Assembly (NCBI GenBank): GCA_043228905.1
Contig: JBHGNT010000009.1
Coordinates: forward strand, 14,260,001-14,324,000
DNA length: 64,000 nucleotides
DNA from: Azolla caroliniana
Lineage: Eukaryota; Plantae; Polypodiophyta
Reading direction: 5' to 3'
Under the pieces are notes generated by a model. That model was not told the DNA's origin. It did no database searches and saw nothing but the letters and a program-made list of their open reading frames with translations. The first letter of the stretch is position 1. Each line of letters starts with the position of its first letter. The position numbers and the translations under genes are program-made. Positions 1-13,842 of the stretch are shown piece after piece.

Positions 1-307
1 GAAGAATTTAATTACTTGTTCCCATTGTACTTATCTACTGTGTAATTTGAGGAATATGTTGCAAATTGTTGATTTCATGCTATTGATGACTATTTAGCTA
101 TTGACAGCTAATTAGCTGCATTTGTACAGCTAATTAGCTACTGATGACTATTTCGCTATAACTTAACAAAAAAGACATGATTTTATTGAGAAAGAAGCAC
201 AGAAAGCAGACTGTATACAAGAAATTGATTCTCAAACGAATTTATTTAACTGTTTTCGCGAAATACATGTTTGTTTTACAAGAGAACATGGTAATTGCTA
301 CTTGTTG

Positions 308-3300
308 CTACAAATTCCATGGCATACTATTGTAAATACATTCATACACATTAGCACCAACAATGTATAAACCTGAGTAGCTATTGTATTCTAACATTGG
401 GACGTTGATGCACCTGACCAAATGAGAGGACATGTATGCCACTGGTTTGTCTTCTAACAGCCTGTACACATATTCGTAGTCATCTAGTTTTGCATAAAAA
501 ATGCCTTCGATGTAGAATGTCCCGGCAGATACAAAATTTCCCCATGCATCTACAATATTTTGCCTTGCACACTGTTTACTAACCGTGCACTTCAATATAT
601 AGAAATTAGCACCCTCTGAATTGCCTTCTTCAGCATTTACAGCGAAGTTATCCCCAACGTTCAGGACATCACTCAAAGTATCTCCAAGTTCCTCATATGT
701 GAAGTCAGCATTCTGCCCTGTTTCTCCATCAACTGCTTCCTTATCATTCAGAGTGTGATACTCCCAATTCTGAATGTATGCTTTGTTTAGACAATATCTC
801 CAATTTCCTTGCACACAATGGAAGCAAAAACAAGTCAATTCTCTAACCGCAATACAATGACCATCCAACCTGGAATAACCGCGAACAACATGCAGAGATC
901 GCAATTCGGGAATTCCTTGGCACTCCCAGGTCTTCTCCCTATTTACTTCATCTATCTTCACTTCCCAAAATTCACGTTTGATATCTCGGACTTGCGAGGA
1001 ATAAACACATGTTGCACTCCTTGACATATTTGTTCTTAAAAATTCAACTACATGTGATGCACAATTCATGTGCACACCATCTGTCTTTAGTTGTTCATGG
1101 GTAAGTGCCCGCTTTATAACAGCCCCTACACCATCATGTTCACCTTTACCATGGCCAGACCCAAAAAAATTCCATCTCATCTCCAAACCTGTTATAGCAG
1201 GATACCTCCCCACAAAATAAAATGGACGTTGAACCTTGAATTGTGACGCAGCTCCGTCAGACCAGACCCAATGTTGAGTAAGCTCCAAACGTTGAGCTAA
1301 TAACCACTGCCAATGTAACTTAAAACAATGTTGGACGAACAAGGTATCATGCTTCTTATCATCGGAAATAAAGAAATGAATTACTTTTTTAACATCACCT
1401 GAAACTCGAAAATATGTTATGTGCACAAAAATGGTTACCTGAACTGAACACCAATGCATAGATTGAATTTCATTCTGCTGCTTGAAAGTATAATTCTCTG
1501 CGAAATCTACTACTGAGACTACTACATCATTTGGGAAATCAGATATGCAAGTCTTAAACTGATGGGCCTGCCATGAATAAATGAAGTTGTGTTTAATGAG
1601 CTTTCTTAGAGATACTACAAACAGAGACACCAAATCCCTTGGTTTAAGCATCTTCCGAACTAGATCCTTTCTTTTACACACCTTGGTGACGTAGTAGATT
1701 AACAGAGTCCTTCAGAAAACCCATATGTACATGGTAAATGCAACAACATGTGTATCGATCCTTTAAGCGTCTCACAAAGTGTCTTAAGAGACTCGAATGT
1801 TCGTAGTTGAATTTTGATAGTTGGATGCATTCGTTTGAACCTAATAAATAAATCGACCTGCGTAATAAAGGGGAATTAGTTATTCTCGTAACTAGCTAAC
1901 TATCATGGTAGCTAATTAGTTGGTCTAGTAGCTAATTAGCTATCATGGTGGCTAATTAGGTGTCCTAGTAGCTAATTAGCTATCATGGTAACTAATTAGC
2001 TTTCTTAGTAACTAATTAGCTGGTCTAGTAGCTAATTAGCTAGTCTAGTAGCTAGTTAGCTGGTCTAGTAGCTAATTAGCTATCATGGTAGCTAATTAGC
2101 TATCATGGTGGCTAATTAGTTGTCCTAGTAGCTAATTAGCTATCATGGTAGCTAATTAGCTAATTAGCTTTCATAATAGCTAATTAGCTATCGTGGTAGC
2201 TAATTAGCTAATTAGCTTTCCTAGTAGCTAATTAGCTATCATGGTAGCTAATTAGCTTTCCTAGTAACTAATTAGCTATCACGGTAGCTAATTAGCTTTC
2301 CTAGTAACTAATTAGCTATCATGGTAGCTAATTAGTTGGTCTAGTAGCTAATTAGCTATCATGGTGGCTAATTAGCTGTCCTAGTAAGGTATTTAGCTAT
2401 CATGGTAGCTAATTAGCTTTCCTAGTAGCTAATTAACTGGTAATAACGAAATAGCTAACTAGCTACCATGATAGCTAACTAGCTACCAGGACAGCTAATT
2501 ATCTGGTAGTACCTAAATTAGCTATTGAGAATAGCTAATTAGCTATCATGGTAGTAGCTATTGAGAGTAGCCAGTTACCTATGTAGTAGCTATGCTAGTA
2601 GCTAACTGAGGTAAATGTAACTGATAAGCTAAATAGCTTTTCTGCTAACTGAGCTAATTAACTTTCCGTGTAGAGTCAAAACAAATGTTGAGATAAATGT
2701 AAATACCTGAGGTACATCAAGAAGATGAATGGGATGCTCCTCGTATTGATTTCTTCCAACACGTTTCCTGCATAAATCCTTTTTATTGGGTGAAACCCTA
2801 CTCTCATTAGTCCAAAACATTGTGATTACATCCTTGATTTCAAATGTTATGGGTGTCATTGGTTTACATCTTGTAGTTAGCTTTAGTAGACTAGTTCCTT
2901 CACCCGAGGAAATTATACGGTTCATTGTATTGTACATTGTTTTTCTACTAACACCAATTACCTTAGATAGCTCACTGATGTTTATATCGTCAACATCACT
3001 ATTAAGTAACATCATTAGACTAGACCTTTTTAAGACAAGATCATCTTCTGACCTGCTCATGGATACGAAACTATTACGAAGATTATTTACTAAAATAGAT
3101 GATATGTTTGCATTAAGACCATCACAATCAACTAAGTCCTTTATCGATGGATCATTACATATTCCATAAAGTATTACCTTCTTTTCTTCATTGCTGATGT
3201 GGTTGGTTTGAACATTGAAATAGTCTACAACCTTTCTCTCTATGATGGTAGTCGCATTACTTACATTCTCAGCTAAACTATCCTTACCTTTACTGAGTGT

Positions 3301-3455
3301 GGCTTTCGTATCCTTCAACAATTGACGATGTTTCCTTTTTTTTCTGCCCAATAGTTTCGTATGGCTTGTTCTGTCCTAATAGCATCATCCCTATCCTTAT
3401 GATCATTGAGGGGTAATTCTAAACACCCTTCTTCCCCTTCCATTTGGCTGGACAT
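308..3455 (-). pseudogene. Decayed DDE-type transposase gene (DFAENY / SDGAASQFK / GHGKGEHDG family, tentatively Sola-like), 2 exons, frameshifted
   Basis: ATG at 3455 (MSSQMEGEE...), with a frameshift in the A-run near 3340 into ORF 2629-3351. A GT-AG intron at 2706..1858 joins ...LLDVPQ|VDLFIRFKRMHPTIKI..., followed by DRYTCCCIYH after another frameshift. ORF 308-1681 carries VVDFAENY, QSMHW, WSDGAASQFK, GSGHGKGEHDGVG and CFCFHC. Superfamily assignment is from memory of the motifs. Confidence 0.75.
1858..2706 (-). repeat. Transposase intron composed mostly of degenerate tandem palindromic repeats (TAGCTAATTAGCTA core)
   Basis: Dozens of AGCTAATTAGCT / TATCATGGTAGCTAATTAGC units at ~1890-2620. 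Splice sites CAG|GTATTT and TTACGCAG|GTC restore the reading frame (phase 0). Confidence 0.8.
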
Positions 3456-3764
3456 ATTAAAACCCTAAATTTCCACAAAAAAAAACAAGTATTTAAGATG
3501 GCTATGGGCAACAACAATACACAAAAATATTCCACAATACACAAGATAATCAATAGACAGAAAAGTTATTGCAATCCAAGACTGAACAGTAGAGGAGTTC
3601 ACTCCATTGGATCGAACAGTTGAGGAGGCGATCCAGGACCGACCAATGGCGACAACTAAGTGTAGAATGTTGCCGTTGGATGAGTGAACTCCGTCAAATC
3701 GAAATGTGGAAGAAATCCAGGACTGGACAATAGTGGCAACTGAGTGTAGAATGATGGCAATGGA

Positions 3765-4588
3765 GAAGAGAACCCCGTCAGATTGAACAGTTACCGATGA
3801 TGCTTGGAACGCACGGTAGCGGCCCCTGAGTGTAGAGTGGCACAGAGAAGAGAACCCCGTCAACTTGAACAGCTCTTTGATGATGCTTGGAATGCACAGT
3901 AGCGGCCCCTGAGTGTAGAGTGGCACAGAGAAGAGAACCCCGTCAGATTGAACAACTCTTTGATGATGCTTGGAACGCACAGTAGCGGCCCCTGAGTGTA
4001 GAGTGGCACAGAGAAGAGAACCCCGTCAGATTGAACAACTCTTTGATGATGCTTGGAACGCACAGTAGCGGCCCCTGAGTGTAGAGTGGCACAGAGAAGA
4101 GAACCCCGTCAGATTGAACAACTCTTTGATGATGCTTGGAACGCACAGTAGCGGCCCCTGAGTGTAGAGTGGCACAGAGAAGAGAACCCCGTCAGATTGA
4201 ACAACTCTTTGATGATGCTTGGAACGCACAGTAGCGGCCCCTGAGTGTAGAGTGGCACAGAGAAGAGAACCCCGTCAGATTGAACAACTCTTTGATGATG
4301 CTTGGAACGCACAGTAGCGGCCCCTGAGTGTAGAGTGGCACAGAGAAGAGAACCCCGTCAGATTGAACAACTCTTTGATGATGCTTGGAACGCACAGTAG
4401 CGGCCCCTGAGTGTAGAGTGGCACAGAGAAGAGAACCCCGTCAGATTGAACAACTCTTTGATGATGCTTGGAACGCACAGTAGCGACCCCTGAGTGTAGA
4501 GTGGCACAGAGAAGAGAACCCCGTTAGATTGAACAACTCTTTGATGATGCTTGGAATGCACAGTAGCGGCCCCTGAGTGTAGAGTGGC
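3765..4588. repeat. 83-bp tandem repeat array, ~10 copies, plus degenerate copies toward ~3560
   Basis: Unit GATGATGCTTGGAACGCACAGTAGCGGCCCCTGAGTGTAGAGTGGCACAGAGAAGAGAACCCCGTCAGATTGAACAACTCTTT starts at 3796, 3879, 3962, 4045, 4128, 4211, 4294, 4377, 4460 and 4543. Central copies are identical. Confidence 0.97.
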
Positions 4589-4799
4589 GGCAGGTGGACT
4601 CGATAGGGTTTAGCAACAGTGGTAGCAACTAACCCACAATACTCAACTAGAGATGGCCTACGTGATGTGGCAAAGGATCATGCATAATGGACTGAGGAAT
4701 TCGATATATAATTTATGGTACACATTTACGGTGCACATATCAATTTATGTTGCACGTTTATGTTGCACATTTATGGCACTCATTTACATATGTAATTAA

Positions 4800-4911
4800 A
4801 ACACTCTAGTATTTTCAATGGTAGTTTTTTGCATAGTTAATTTATTAATGATGGCTTTTTACTAAAATGACTATTTATCAATGGTAGCTTTTTGCATAGC
4901 TAATTGTTCCC
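4800..4911. mobile_element. Candidate terminus (TIR) of the DNA transposon
   Basis: Internally duplicated motif TCAATGGTAG(T/C)TTTTTGCATAG(T/C)TAATT ending in ...TTGTTCCC (reverse strand begins GGGAACAATTAGC), then an abrupt switch to the TA/TG tract. The partner TIR is not in the window. Confidence 0.35.
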
Positions 4912-4924
4912 ACTCGCATGCTTT

Positions 4925-6550
4925 CACCCTGTACTCCATGTGGTGTATGTGTGGCATGTGCATATGTGTGTGTATGTTCTGTACATGTGCATATGATGTA
5001 TTGTAATTTGTATGTATTATTCGTATGGCATGTGCATATGTATGTGTGTGTTATGTGAGTGCATGTTCTATATACATATGTGTATGCGTACATACATGTG
5101 TATATATGTGTGTGTCCATTCTAATTTCTATATATACATGTGCCATATGTATTGTATTGCATGTATATATATGTATGTGATATGTGTACATATATAAGTG
5201 TGTATGTATGTACATATTGTATTGTATTAATTGTACGATGTATCTATTGTATATACATATCCATTGTATGTATGGGATGTGTGTATGTATGTACATATAT
5301 GTATTGTATTGCATGTGTTATATGTATTGTATATATGGCATGTGTGTAAGTTTAGATGTGTATATTGGATCCATTATGTGTTGAATGAATATATGTATGT
5401 ACATGTATGCATGTACATATGTGTATATATGTAATATGTAATGTATGTACGTTTGTATGTGTATGCATACATGTGTGTGTGGATGTGTGTTTGTAATATG
5501 TAAGTATGTGTATGTATATATTATGTATGTATTGTAGTTTGTATGACCCCATATGACCTATATATATGTTGATATGTGGAATATGTATGTATGTATGTAA
5601 TTTATATATGTGTGTATGTGTATGGATATATGTTTGTAAAATTTATACGTGTATCATTGTAGGCATATGTACATATATACGTGTAGCAATGTATGAATGA
5701 ATATATGTATGTCCATGTACAAATGTGCGTATGTGTATATATGTATGTATATTTTCGGGGTATTTTAGTGTTTAGTATGTGTATGGGTCATATCTAGATG
5801 TATGTTAGCAATATGCACATAATATGTATGCATATACATGTGTATGTATATATGTCAGGAATGTAGTTTGTATGACCCTGTATGACCTATATATATGGTT
5901 ATATGTGGAATATGTATGTACATGTAACATATGTAATGTATGTATATATGTTTATGCATATATGCATATGTCAATGTACATGATTCAATATGTATGGATG
6001 TTGTCTTGTAATATGTATGTATATATCTAATGTATGGATGTGTATGTATATATGTACTATTGTAGTGTGTATGACTATCATGTGTGTGTGTGTGGTGATA
6101 TATATGTACATATGTATGAAATGTATGTATGTGTATGCATGCATGTAATATATGTATGTGTATGCATACATGTAATGTATGAATGTGTATGCTTGTATGT
6201 AATGTATGTATGTATGTATGTGTGTTTATAAAATTTATATGTGTGACATTGTAGGCATATGTACGTATATACGTGTAGCAATGTATGAATGAATATATAA
6301 ATGTATGTATGTGTATATATGTAATGTATTTATGTATCTATATTTTCGGTGTATTTTAATGTTTAGTATGTGTATAGCTCATATATGGATGTATGTTTGT
6401 AATATGCATATAATATACATGTATATATCTGATGTATGTGTAAGTATATACATATATCCAATGTGTGTGTATGAATGTATATATGTATATATATGTAAGC
6501 ATTGTATTTTGTATGGTTTCGTATAGCCTATATATATGGTGATATGTGGA

Positions 6551-6581
<31 letters not shown>

Positions 6582-7560
6582 TGTATTTGTATGAATGTAT
6601 ATATATGTAAGTATTGTATTTTGTATGGTTTCGTATAGCCTATATATATGGTGATATGTGGAATATGTATGTATGTATGTATGTGTTTGTATGAATGTAT
6701 ATATATGTAAGTATTGTATTTTGTATGGTTTCGTATAGCCTATATATATGGTGATATGTGGAATATGTATGTATGTATGTATGTGTTTGTATGAATGTAT
6801 ATATATGTAAGTATTGTATTTTGTATGGTTTCGTATAGCCTATATATATATGGTGATATGTGGAATATGTATGTATGTATGTATGTATGTGTATGTATGT
6901 AAATTTGTATATCATATAATATGTATGGATTATATGATATGTAGCATGTAATTATTTATGTGTATGTGTGTAATACATACATATATGTAACTTGTTTGTA
7001 TGTATGTAGATTTGTATTAAATATAATATGTAATCTTCTATATTTATGTGTATGTGTATATATAATATGTAATTTATTTATGTATGTAAATTTTTTGTGT
7101 TTGGTATGTATATATGTATTGTGAAATGCACACATGCACACCACAACATGTTTTTGTATATAATTGTGATTTGTGTGTATAATAATATATGTGTGTAATA
7201 TGTAGTATATAAAATAGTTTGTAAGAATGTGTATGTATATATGTACTATGTAATTTTAATGTGTGTATTATGTATATATGTATGTCAATATATATGGCTT
7301 ATTCTGATATGTATGTAGAATGTATGCATTTATATATATCTAGATATGCATGCATGTATTTATATATGTAGTAGGTATTGTATTTATGTACATATTTACA
7401 TGTGGTAATACATATTTGTAAAAATATAATATATTCATGTTTAGTCACTATGCATGTATAAATGGGTGTATTGTGTGTATATACATATTCATGGATGTAA
7501 TGTTTAAATGTAGGTATATATGCATGCACGCATGTATATGTATATATAATGTAGATATGC
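4925..7560. repeat. Low-complexity (TATG/TGTA/TA)-rich tract with higher-order repeats
   Basis: Continuous TA/TG microsatellite-like sequence. A ~100-bp unit (TTGTATGGTTTCGTATAGCCTATATATATGGTGATATGTGGAA...) occurs four times at ~6500-6870, and a longer block is duplicated at ~5640 and ~6230. Confidence 0.92.
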
Positions 7561-7781
7561 TACTCCAAATTTGAGCATTGTTTGCATAATATATTCTTTA
7601 CTATCTCATTGAAATATTTAATATTTCATGGGTTTATGTAATTTTTTTCTCTAGCATAATTGATAATACCCTTAGGTAGATATATTTTCAAAGATTTATT
7701 TATACCCTTATATATATACATTTTGTATCTCAGTGGTCAATTTAAACCCCTTTTGATGAACTCACATGCTATCATACAAGT

Positions 7782-8917
7782 TTTGACAGTGAAGCCCCCG
7801 GGGGATGGACGGTGTGGGCAACGCAAGCAGCAGAATTACACACCTACGGGGCGGACTAGGAGAATCGACGAAAAGAAGGCAGAGGCTTCTACAAGCTCAA
7901 TGAGGAAAGCATTGTGGTAGTACGTGAGGATCTCTCGCAAGACTATCGCATCCTAGTGGACCAGCACTCCGAAGAACTCACGTAGCTGTTAAAAGATTTC
8001 GGGGAAAGTCAAGAAGACATTTTCCGCCGGCTAATGGAGATCCGCAGCAAACAGTAGAGGACGGAGACAATTGGGGTACTAGACAGCGAGTCTGCCAAAC
8101 AAGATGAGCCTCAACCTAATTCAAATAACCCACCGGAGGTGACCACTACGCCTATCCACGCTACGGAAGATACGAACAGGGAAGAGCCCCGTCCGACCAC
8201 TTGCGCACATACTGAAGAGCCAACGCCAGAATCACAGAGGAATGATCCGGATACCGAACCAACTGAGTTGGCCCTGATCACGCGGAGTAAAGATGATAAC
8301 ATGGGAACTCACACACCGGTCGAGCAGAACAACGAAGCACCTATGGACGTCACACAGTCTCCGGAGCATGTCGTACGGACGGAACTGAACATCCTGGACA
8401 TTTTGAACGATGAGTAGAGGGACGGATCCGACGTGCCATGGCACTGTCCCACAGGCGTGCCAAGTGTTGTCCGCCGAACCTAACTCTTAAACTAATAGAA
8501 TATATTATTAGAAGCGTTAAATAAACGCATGTAACGGTTCACGCTAGGAGCATAACGGACTAAAAGCCCTGTATATATAAAGGGCGGAAATCCTCTGTAA
8601 AGAGGTAGCATGTATTTTGAGAGCTACCTTCTGTAATACAGTACTATCTTCTCTGATTCCCTTGTCTGTGCAAATCTTCTACTGATTTGGTGTAGTACTC
8701 TGTTGGTAACTTTAGGCTAGTAAGCGTGGGGTAAGTGTGCATATGAGATCACACACTGGTGAGCTTCGGTTGTAGCCGTCTCCCTTCATGCCTCGACGAT
8801 ACGCTTTGCTTTGTAAGCCTGTTACGATTCACACATACGAATCTATTTCTTGCACCTCAATCACCTTGAAGTCTACCTCGAAGGACTGAGAGTAGACCGT
8901 GTTCCTAATCGGTAACA
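7782..8917 (+). mobile_element. Probable solo LTR (~1.14 kb)
   Basis: Flanked by CAAGT direct repeats (7777-7781, 8918-8922). Ends TTTGACAG (likely mutated TG) ... GGTAACA. TATA-like TATATATAAAGGG at ~8572. Confidence 0.55.
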
Positions 8918-9190
8918 CAAGTCGGCGGTGTGCCGACTCAAGAAGTCACTTTATGGCCTTAAGCAAGCCCCCATGCTTGGAACATGAAGATCACACATCG
9001 GTTGCGTCAGATGGGGTGTGTGGCCTCCAAGTACCACTCTTCATTGTTCATCCAGAACGGTCCAAAAAGTCCGGTGTGTATCTTACTCTACGTCGACGAC
9101 TTGGTCATCACCGGACCCGACCTCGCTAAAATCAGCTGAGTGAAGTCCCAATTGTCGAGAGCCTTTGAAATGAAGGAGTTGGGGTACCTT

Positions 9191-12100
9191 TGTTGAATAC
9201 GGGCTTCTAATGGACGTATTCACACCGTCTCCGTTTGTACACACTAGGCTTAGGCTATTTATGTAAATAGTGAGAAGGGCAGTTGCCCTAAGTTAGTCAG
9301 TATATAAACTAACTTTGTAACCTAGTTAAGGGTTGTTTCTTTAAGCTGTAATATACTCTTTACATTGTGCCTAACTCTCTTTCTCTCTCTCTTTGGCATA
9401 CTAGTTGTATTGTTTGTCTTTGCTGCTATCAAAATTATGATCTTGTATCCACTGACGATCTTATAGGAGCTTATAGCATAAGAGTGTCGATCTTGTTCCA
9501 CGTTAGATGACGTGATTCCAACATTTGGTGTTAGAGCTTGGTTTTCTGTTTGATTCTGTTGTCGCCTTCTATCTAGTCTCCATCGACAACTCTCATTTGT
9601 GTATCCTGAAGATCTTAACTGATCTCGACAAGCAACCTACAACAAGATTGTTTACGCAAAGAGAAACATGAGAAGTCTACATTGTATTGTTCTAGGTCAC
9701 TCTTGGTTATGTGATCGTAGCCGCTCGGAGTGAGACTTCTATCTTGACTACGCCAAATCGTTGCTTCACTCGGTTAGGCGGAAATCGAATAGGTCACAAA
9801 CACAAGTACAACTTTTCATTGTTCATCCGGAACGCTTTTCTCCTATTCGTCGTAGTCACCTCAAGAAAACACGACTCGAGGAGCAACCCCAATCTGTGTT
9901 TCATTCGACTGAACGGCATTTGGGAGGACCAGTCGATCCGTCCTCTCATCCTTGCAGATAACCGAAACAGGATCGGCCTGGAGTATTGCATATAATCCGT
10001 GTTGAGAAATTTCGAAAAAATCGAATCATCAAATCCGGGTTCAACTCGACTAAGTCAGTTGACAATAGTCACTCCGAACAGGATTCATTGATATTCGTAA
10101 TCAACACAACTTGTGTCGAACTTCGGCTAGAATGGCATCGAGTAAGCCAAGCTGCTGCACTCCATCACAGTTCGTAGCTAACACTGGAAAAGTCTATTAT
10201 ACCAACACAGATGACTTCAACATCCGGCTCGTTAGAAATGAGTCTAAGGAAGTTCGACGGATCGAACATCAACTTTTGGAAGGAGCAGATGCATGACTAT
10301 TTAATAGTCAAGGGGAAAATTGACCCCATTGAGAATGAAGACCCTCCAAAAGGATACAAGTCGCTTGAATGGGAAAAGCTCGATAGAATTGTCCAAGCCA
10401 CCATTCAGATGCACCTATCGGAGTCTGTGTACTTCACGGTACAATCGTCTTCGACTGCCTTCCAACTATGGAAGACACTTTCGGACACTTACGGAAAGAA
10501 GGCCGCCGCCACCAAGATATACCTGATTCGGCACCTTTATAACCTTCGGATGAAAGAGTCTGATTTGGTCTAGGCATAATACCTGAACGAGTACGAAAGC
10601 TTAAGCTCCCAAATTTCAGCCCAGGGGACAATTATTATCGAGGATGAACTAAAAGCAATGTTGCTCATTAGTAGTCTCCCTCCCTCGTGGGGAACTTTCA
10701 TTACAACTGCGTGGAATGCATCGACAACTGCCGTTAAATACTCCTCAGTCATGAGTGCAATTCTGACTGAAGCAGCTCGGAGAAAATCATTTGCTAATGA
10801 TTCAGCAAACAACGCTTACGTAGTACAAGGTTCAATTGACCGATTGAACAGCCACGGAAGAAGTTCTTCATGGGAGCCGAATAATCAACGAAGTTGGAGC
10901 AAGTCCCAGGATAATCGAGTCTACAACTACTACAAGAAACCCGGACACATCAAAGACGATTGTCGTGCACTCAAGGCCAAAAACGATAAGGCTCAGCGAG
11001 CTGAGCAGAAAAATGGCTGTCATGATGAGATCAACTACATCGGCTCTTCGGCTGAAGTATTGACAAACAACCCGAATATACTATCAATTGAGAACTCGGT
11101 CGAATCAAAAGTTCTGCTTACGATTGAAGAATCAAGCATGTGGCTCTTAGATTCGGGTGCGTCCTTTCATGTGACTCCTCATCGATCCCAATTTCGGCAA
11201 TACATAGCCCGACATTCCGACTCAGTTACATTGCGACATAATTGGAATCGGCACGGTAGAGCTCAACCGGCTCTACATTAGTATTACACAATGTCCGACA
11301 TGTACCTGAGCTCTCACGACCACAGATCTCAGTCGGACAATTGGATGAAGACGGCATCCGTGCTGGCTTCTCATCAAGAGGGTGGACGGTCCACAGAGGG
11401 AACCTCCTGCTTGCTCGAGGACCGAAGATACACTCATTGTATCCTTTGCACGTAACACTCAGAGAGGGTGACCTATTTTTGGTTGACATTCCCATGTCAT
11501 CACTCTGGCACGGATGACTCGGACACCTCAGCAAGGCCGACATCACACACTTATCTACAGCCGGATACATCCCCAAGCTCTCCTTCTCAGATCATCAGTT
11601 CTACGAGCATTGCCAATACGGGAATCAGATAGCCGTAACACACCCCTCATCAGCTTCAAGAGAATCGAGTCCACTCGGACGTATGTGGTCCTATGCCACA
11701 TCAATCCCTCGACGACGCTCTATATTTCGTCAGCTTCATTGACGACTCGACTGGGAAGGTGTGGGCTTATCTTATCAAAACCAAAGATCGTGTTTTCACG
11801 ATCTTTTCCGATTGGCTCGCCATGGTTGAGAATCAGTCTGGCCGAAAATTGAAATGCTTTCGGTCCGATAACGGGGGAGAGTTCAAATCAGAGGAATTCG
11901 TCAAATTTTGCCGATAACGCGACATCATATGTGAATTTACGGCACCCCACAGTTTGGAGCAGAATGAAAAATCGACATGTTCTTCCGTGCAAGTGGGTCT
12001 ATCAAATTAAGGAGATGTCTGATTCGGCCAACCCAAAATTCAAAGCCAGATTAGTAGCAAAGGTTTACAACAGGAACATGGTGTTGATTTCAACAAAATC

Positions 12101-13791
12101 TTTTCGCTAGTGGTGAAGATGACAACCCTTCGATTCATGCTTGGCGTAGTGGCAACCGAAAATTTGGAGCTAGATATCAAAACGGCTTTCCTCCACGGTG
12201 ATCTTGAGGAGGAAATTTATATGGAGTAGCCGAAAGGCTTTGTGGCATCCGGCCAAGAAGATCTAGTCTGCCAACTCAGGAAGAGTATTTACAGCCTGAA
12301 ACAGGCGCCGCGATAGTGGTACAAGAAGTTCGACGACTTCATCCAATCGATCGGCTTCTCCAAGAACGATGAGGACCACTGTCTCTTCATGAAAACAACT
12401 CGAGATGGATCACCCATCTTCCTCATCATCTACATAGACGACATGCTAATCTCTGGACGCCATGCTAGCGAACTAGCCGAACTCGTTCAGCAACTACGGT
12501 TGAAGTTGGCCATGAAGGATCTCGGTCCATCACGACACATTCTTGGTATGAAGGTAAGTCGGAATCGTAATCAACGTCAATTGTTTCTGTCCAGTCTGAC
12601 TACATTGGACGTGTCCTCGAAAGCTTCAATATGCAATCGACGAAACCTGCCTCTTCCTCACTCCCTATTCATACTCGGCTATCTCAACAAGACTACCCGA
12701 CATCCAGTCCGAAGGGGGAAATTATGAAGTCGGTACCGTATGCACCGACAGTTGGCTCCCTAATGTACGCGATGGTCGCGACACGGCCTGATATCACTCA
12801 CACCGTTGGAGTCGTCAACAGGTTTATGCACAATCCCTGCCGATCGCATTGGAATGCAGTCAAGCATGTGTTTAGATATCTATTGGGCACAAAAGATCTT
12901 GGCATTCTATTCGGCCCGAACGACATCTTAGGCGTAGTCGGATATATCGACTCTAACTTTGCGGGCTGCATAGACAGCCGTAAATCGACAACCGGATACT
13001 GTTTCAAACTCGGTAATGGAGCCATCTCATGGAAATCGAAACTTCAAGAGTGCACCGCCACATCAACGACCGAGGTCGAATACATAGCCGCATCCGATGC
13101 GGCGAAAGAGGCCTTATGGCTTGGTCGGCTGGCTTGCAGGTTTCGACAAGCTGAAATCGGCTCGGCTCCAATTGTGTACAGTGACAATCAGCGTCTTGTT
13201 GCTCTGTTGAAAAATCCGGTTCATCACAACGCCTCCAAGCATATCGATGTTCGGGACTGCGTCATCACAGGGAAAATCATTCTAGAGAAAATATCGACAA
13301 CCAATAATGTCGCAGACGCATTAACCAAGTACCTTTCGGCGGATCAATTTCGATCCCTTCGGCATCGAATGGGTGTAATGAAGAATCAGTTCGATTAAAT
13401 CAGACACTCAAGACGTTTCTCAAACAATAGACCTGGATAGTTCGAACTTCGGCTTCAGTCTCTCCGAACTTGGCCAATCCGGCCTTCTGCTCTTCGGAGC
13501 TCACCGACTAGAATGAATTCTTGATTGTTTGTAAACCTTGTATCAATCTGTATTGTACATTCATTTCGGACTACAAATTTTGGATGTATACGCCCATTAC
13601 GGGGGAGTGTTGAATATGGGCTTCTAATGGGCGTATTCACACCGTCTCCTTTTGTACACACTAGGCTTAGGCTATTTATGTAAATAGTGAGAAGGGCAGT
13701 TGCCCTAAGTTAGTAAATATATAAACTGACTTTGTAACCTAGTTAGGGGTTGTTGCTTTAAGTTGTAATATACTCTTTACATTGTGCCTAA

Positions 13792-13842
<51 letters not shown>

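Noticed and set aside
3465-4561. Series of 67-aa ORFs (MRSKHHQR...)
   Set aside because: Artefacts of the 83-bp periodicity.
3765-4588. CRISPR-like array next to a nuclease-like gene
   Set aside because: Units are head-to-tail identical with no unique spacers, there are no cas genes, and the context is eukaryotic.
4878-7529. Many Y/M/C/V/H-rich ORFs
   Set aside because: Translations of TA/TG microsatellite sequence.
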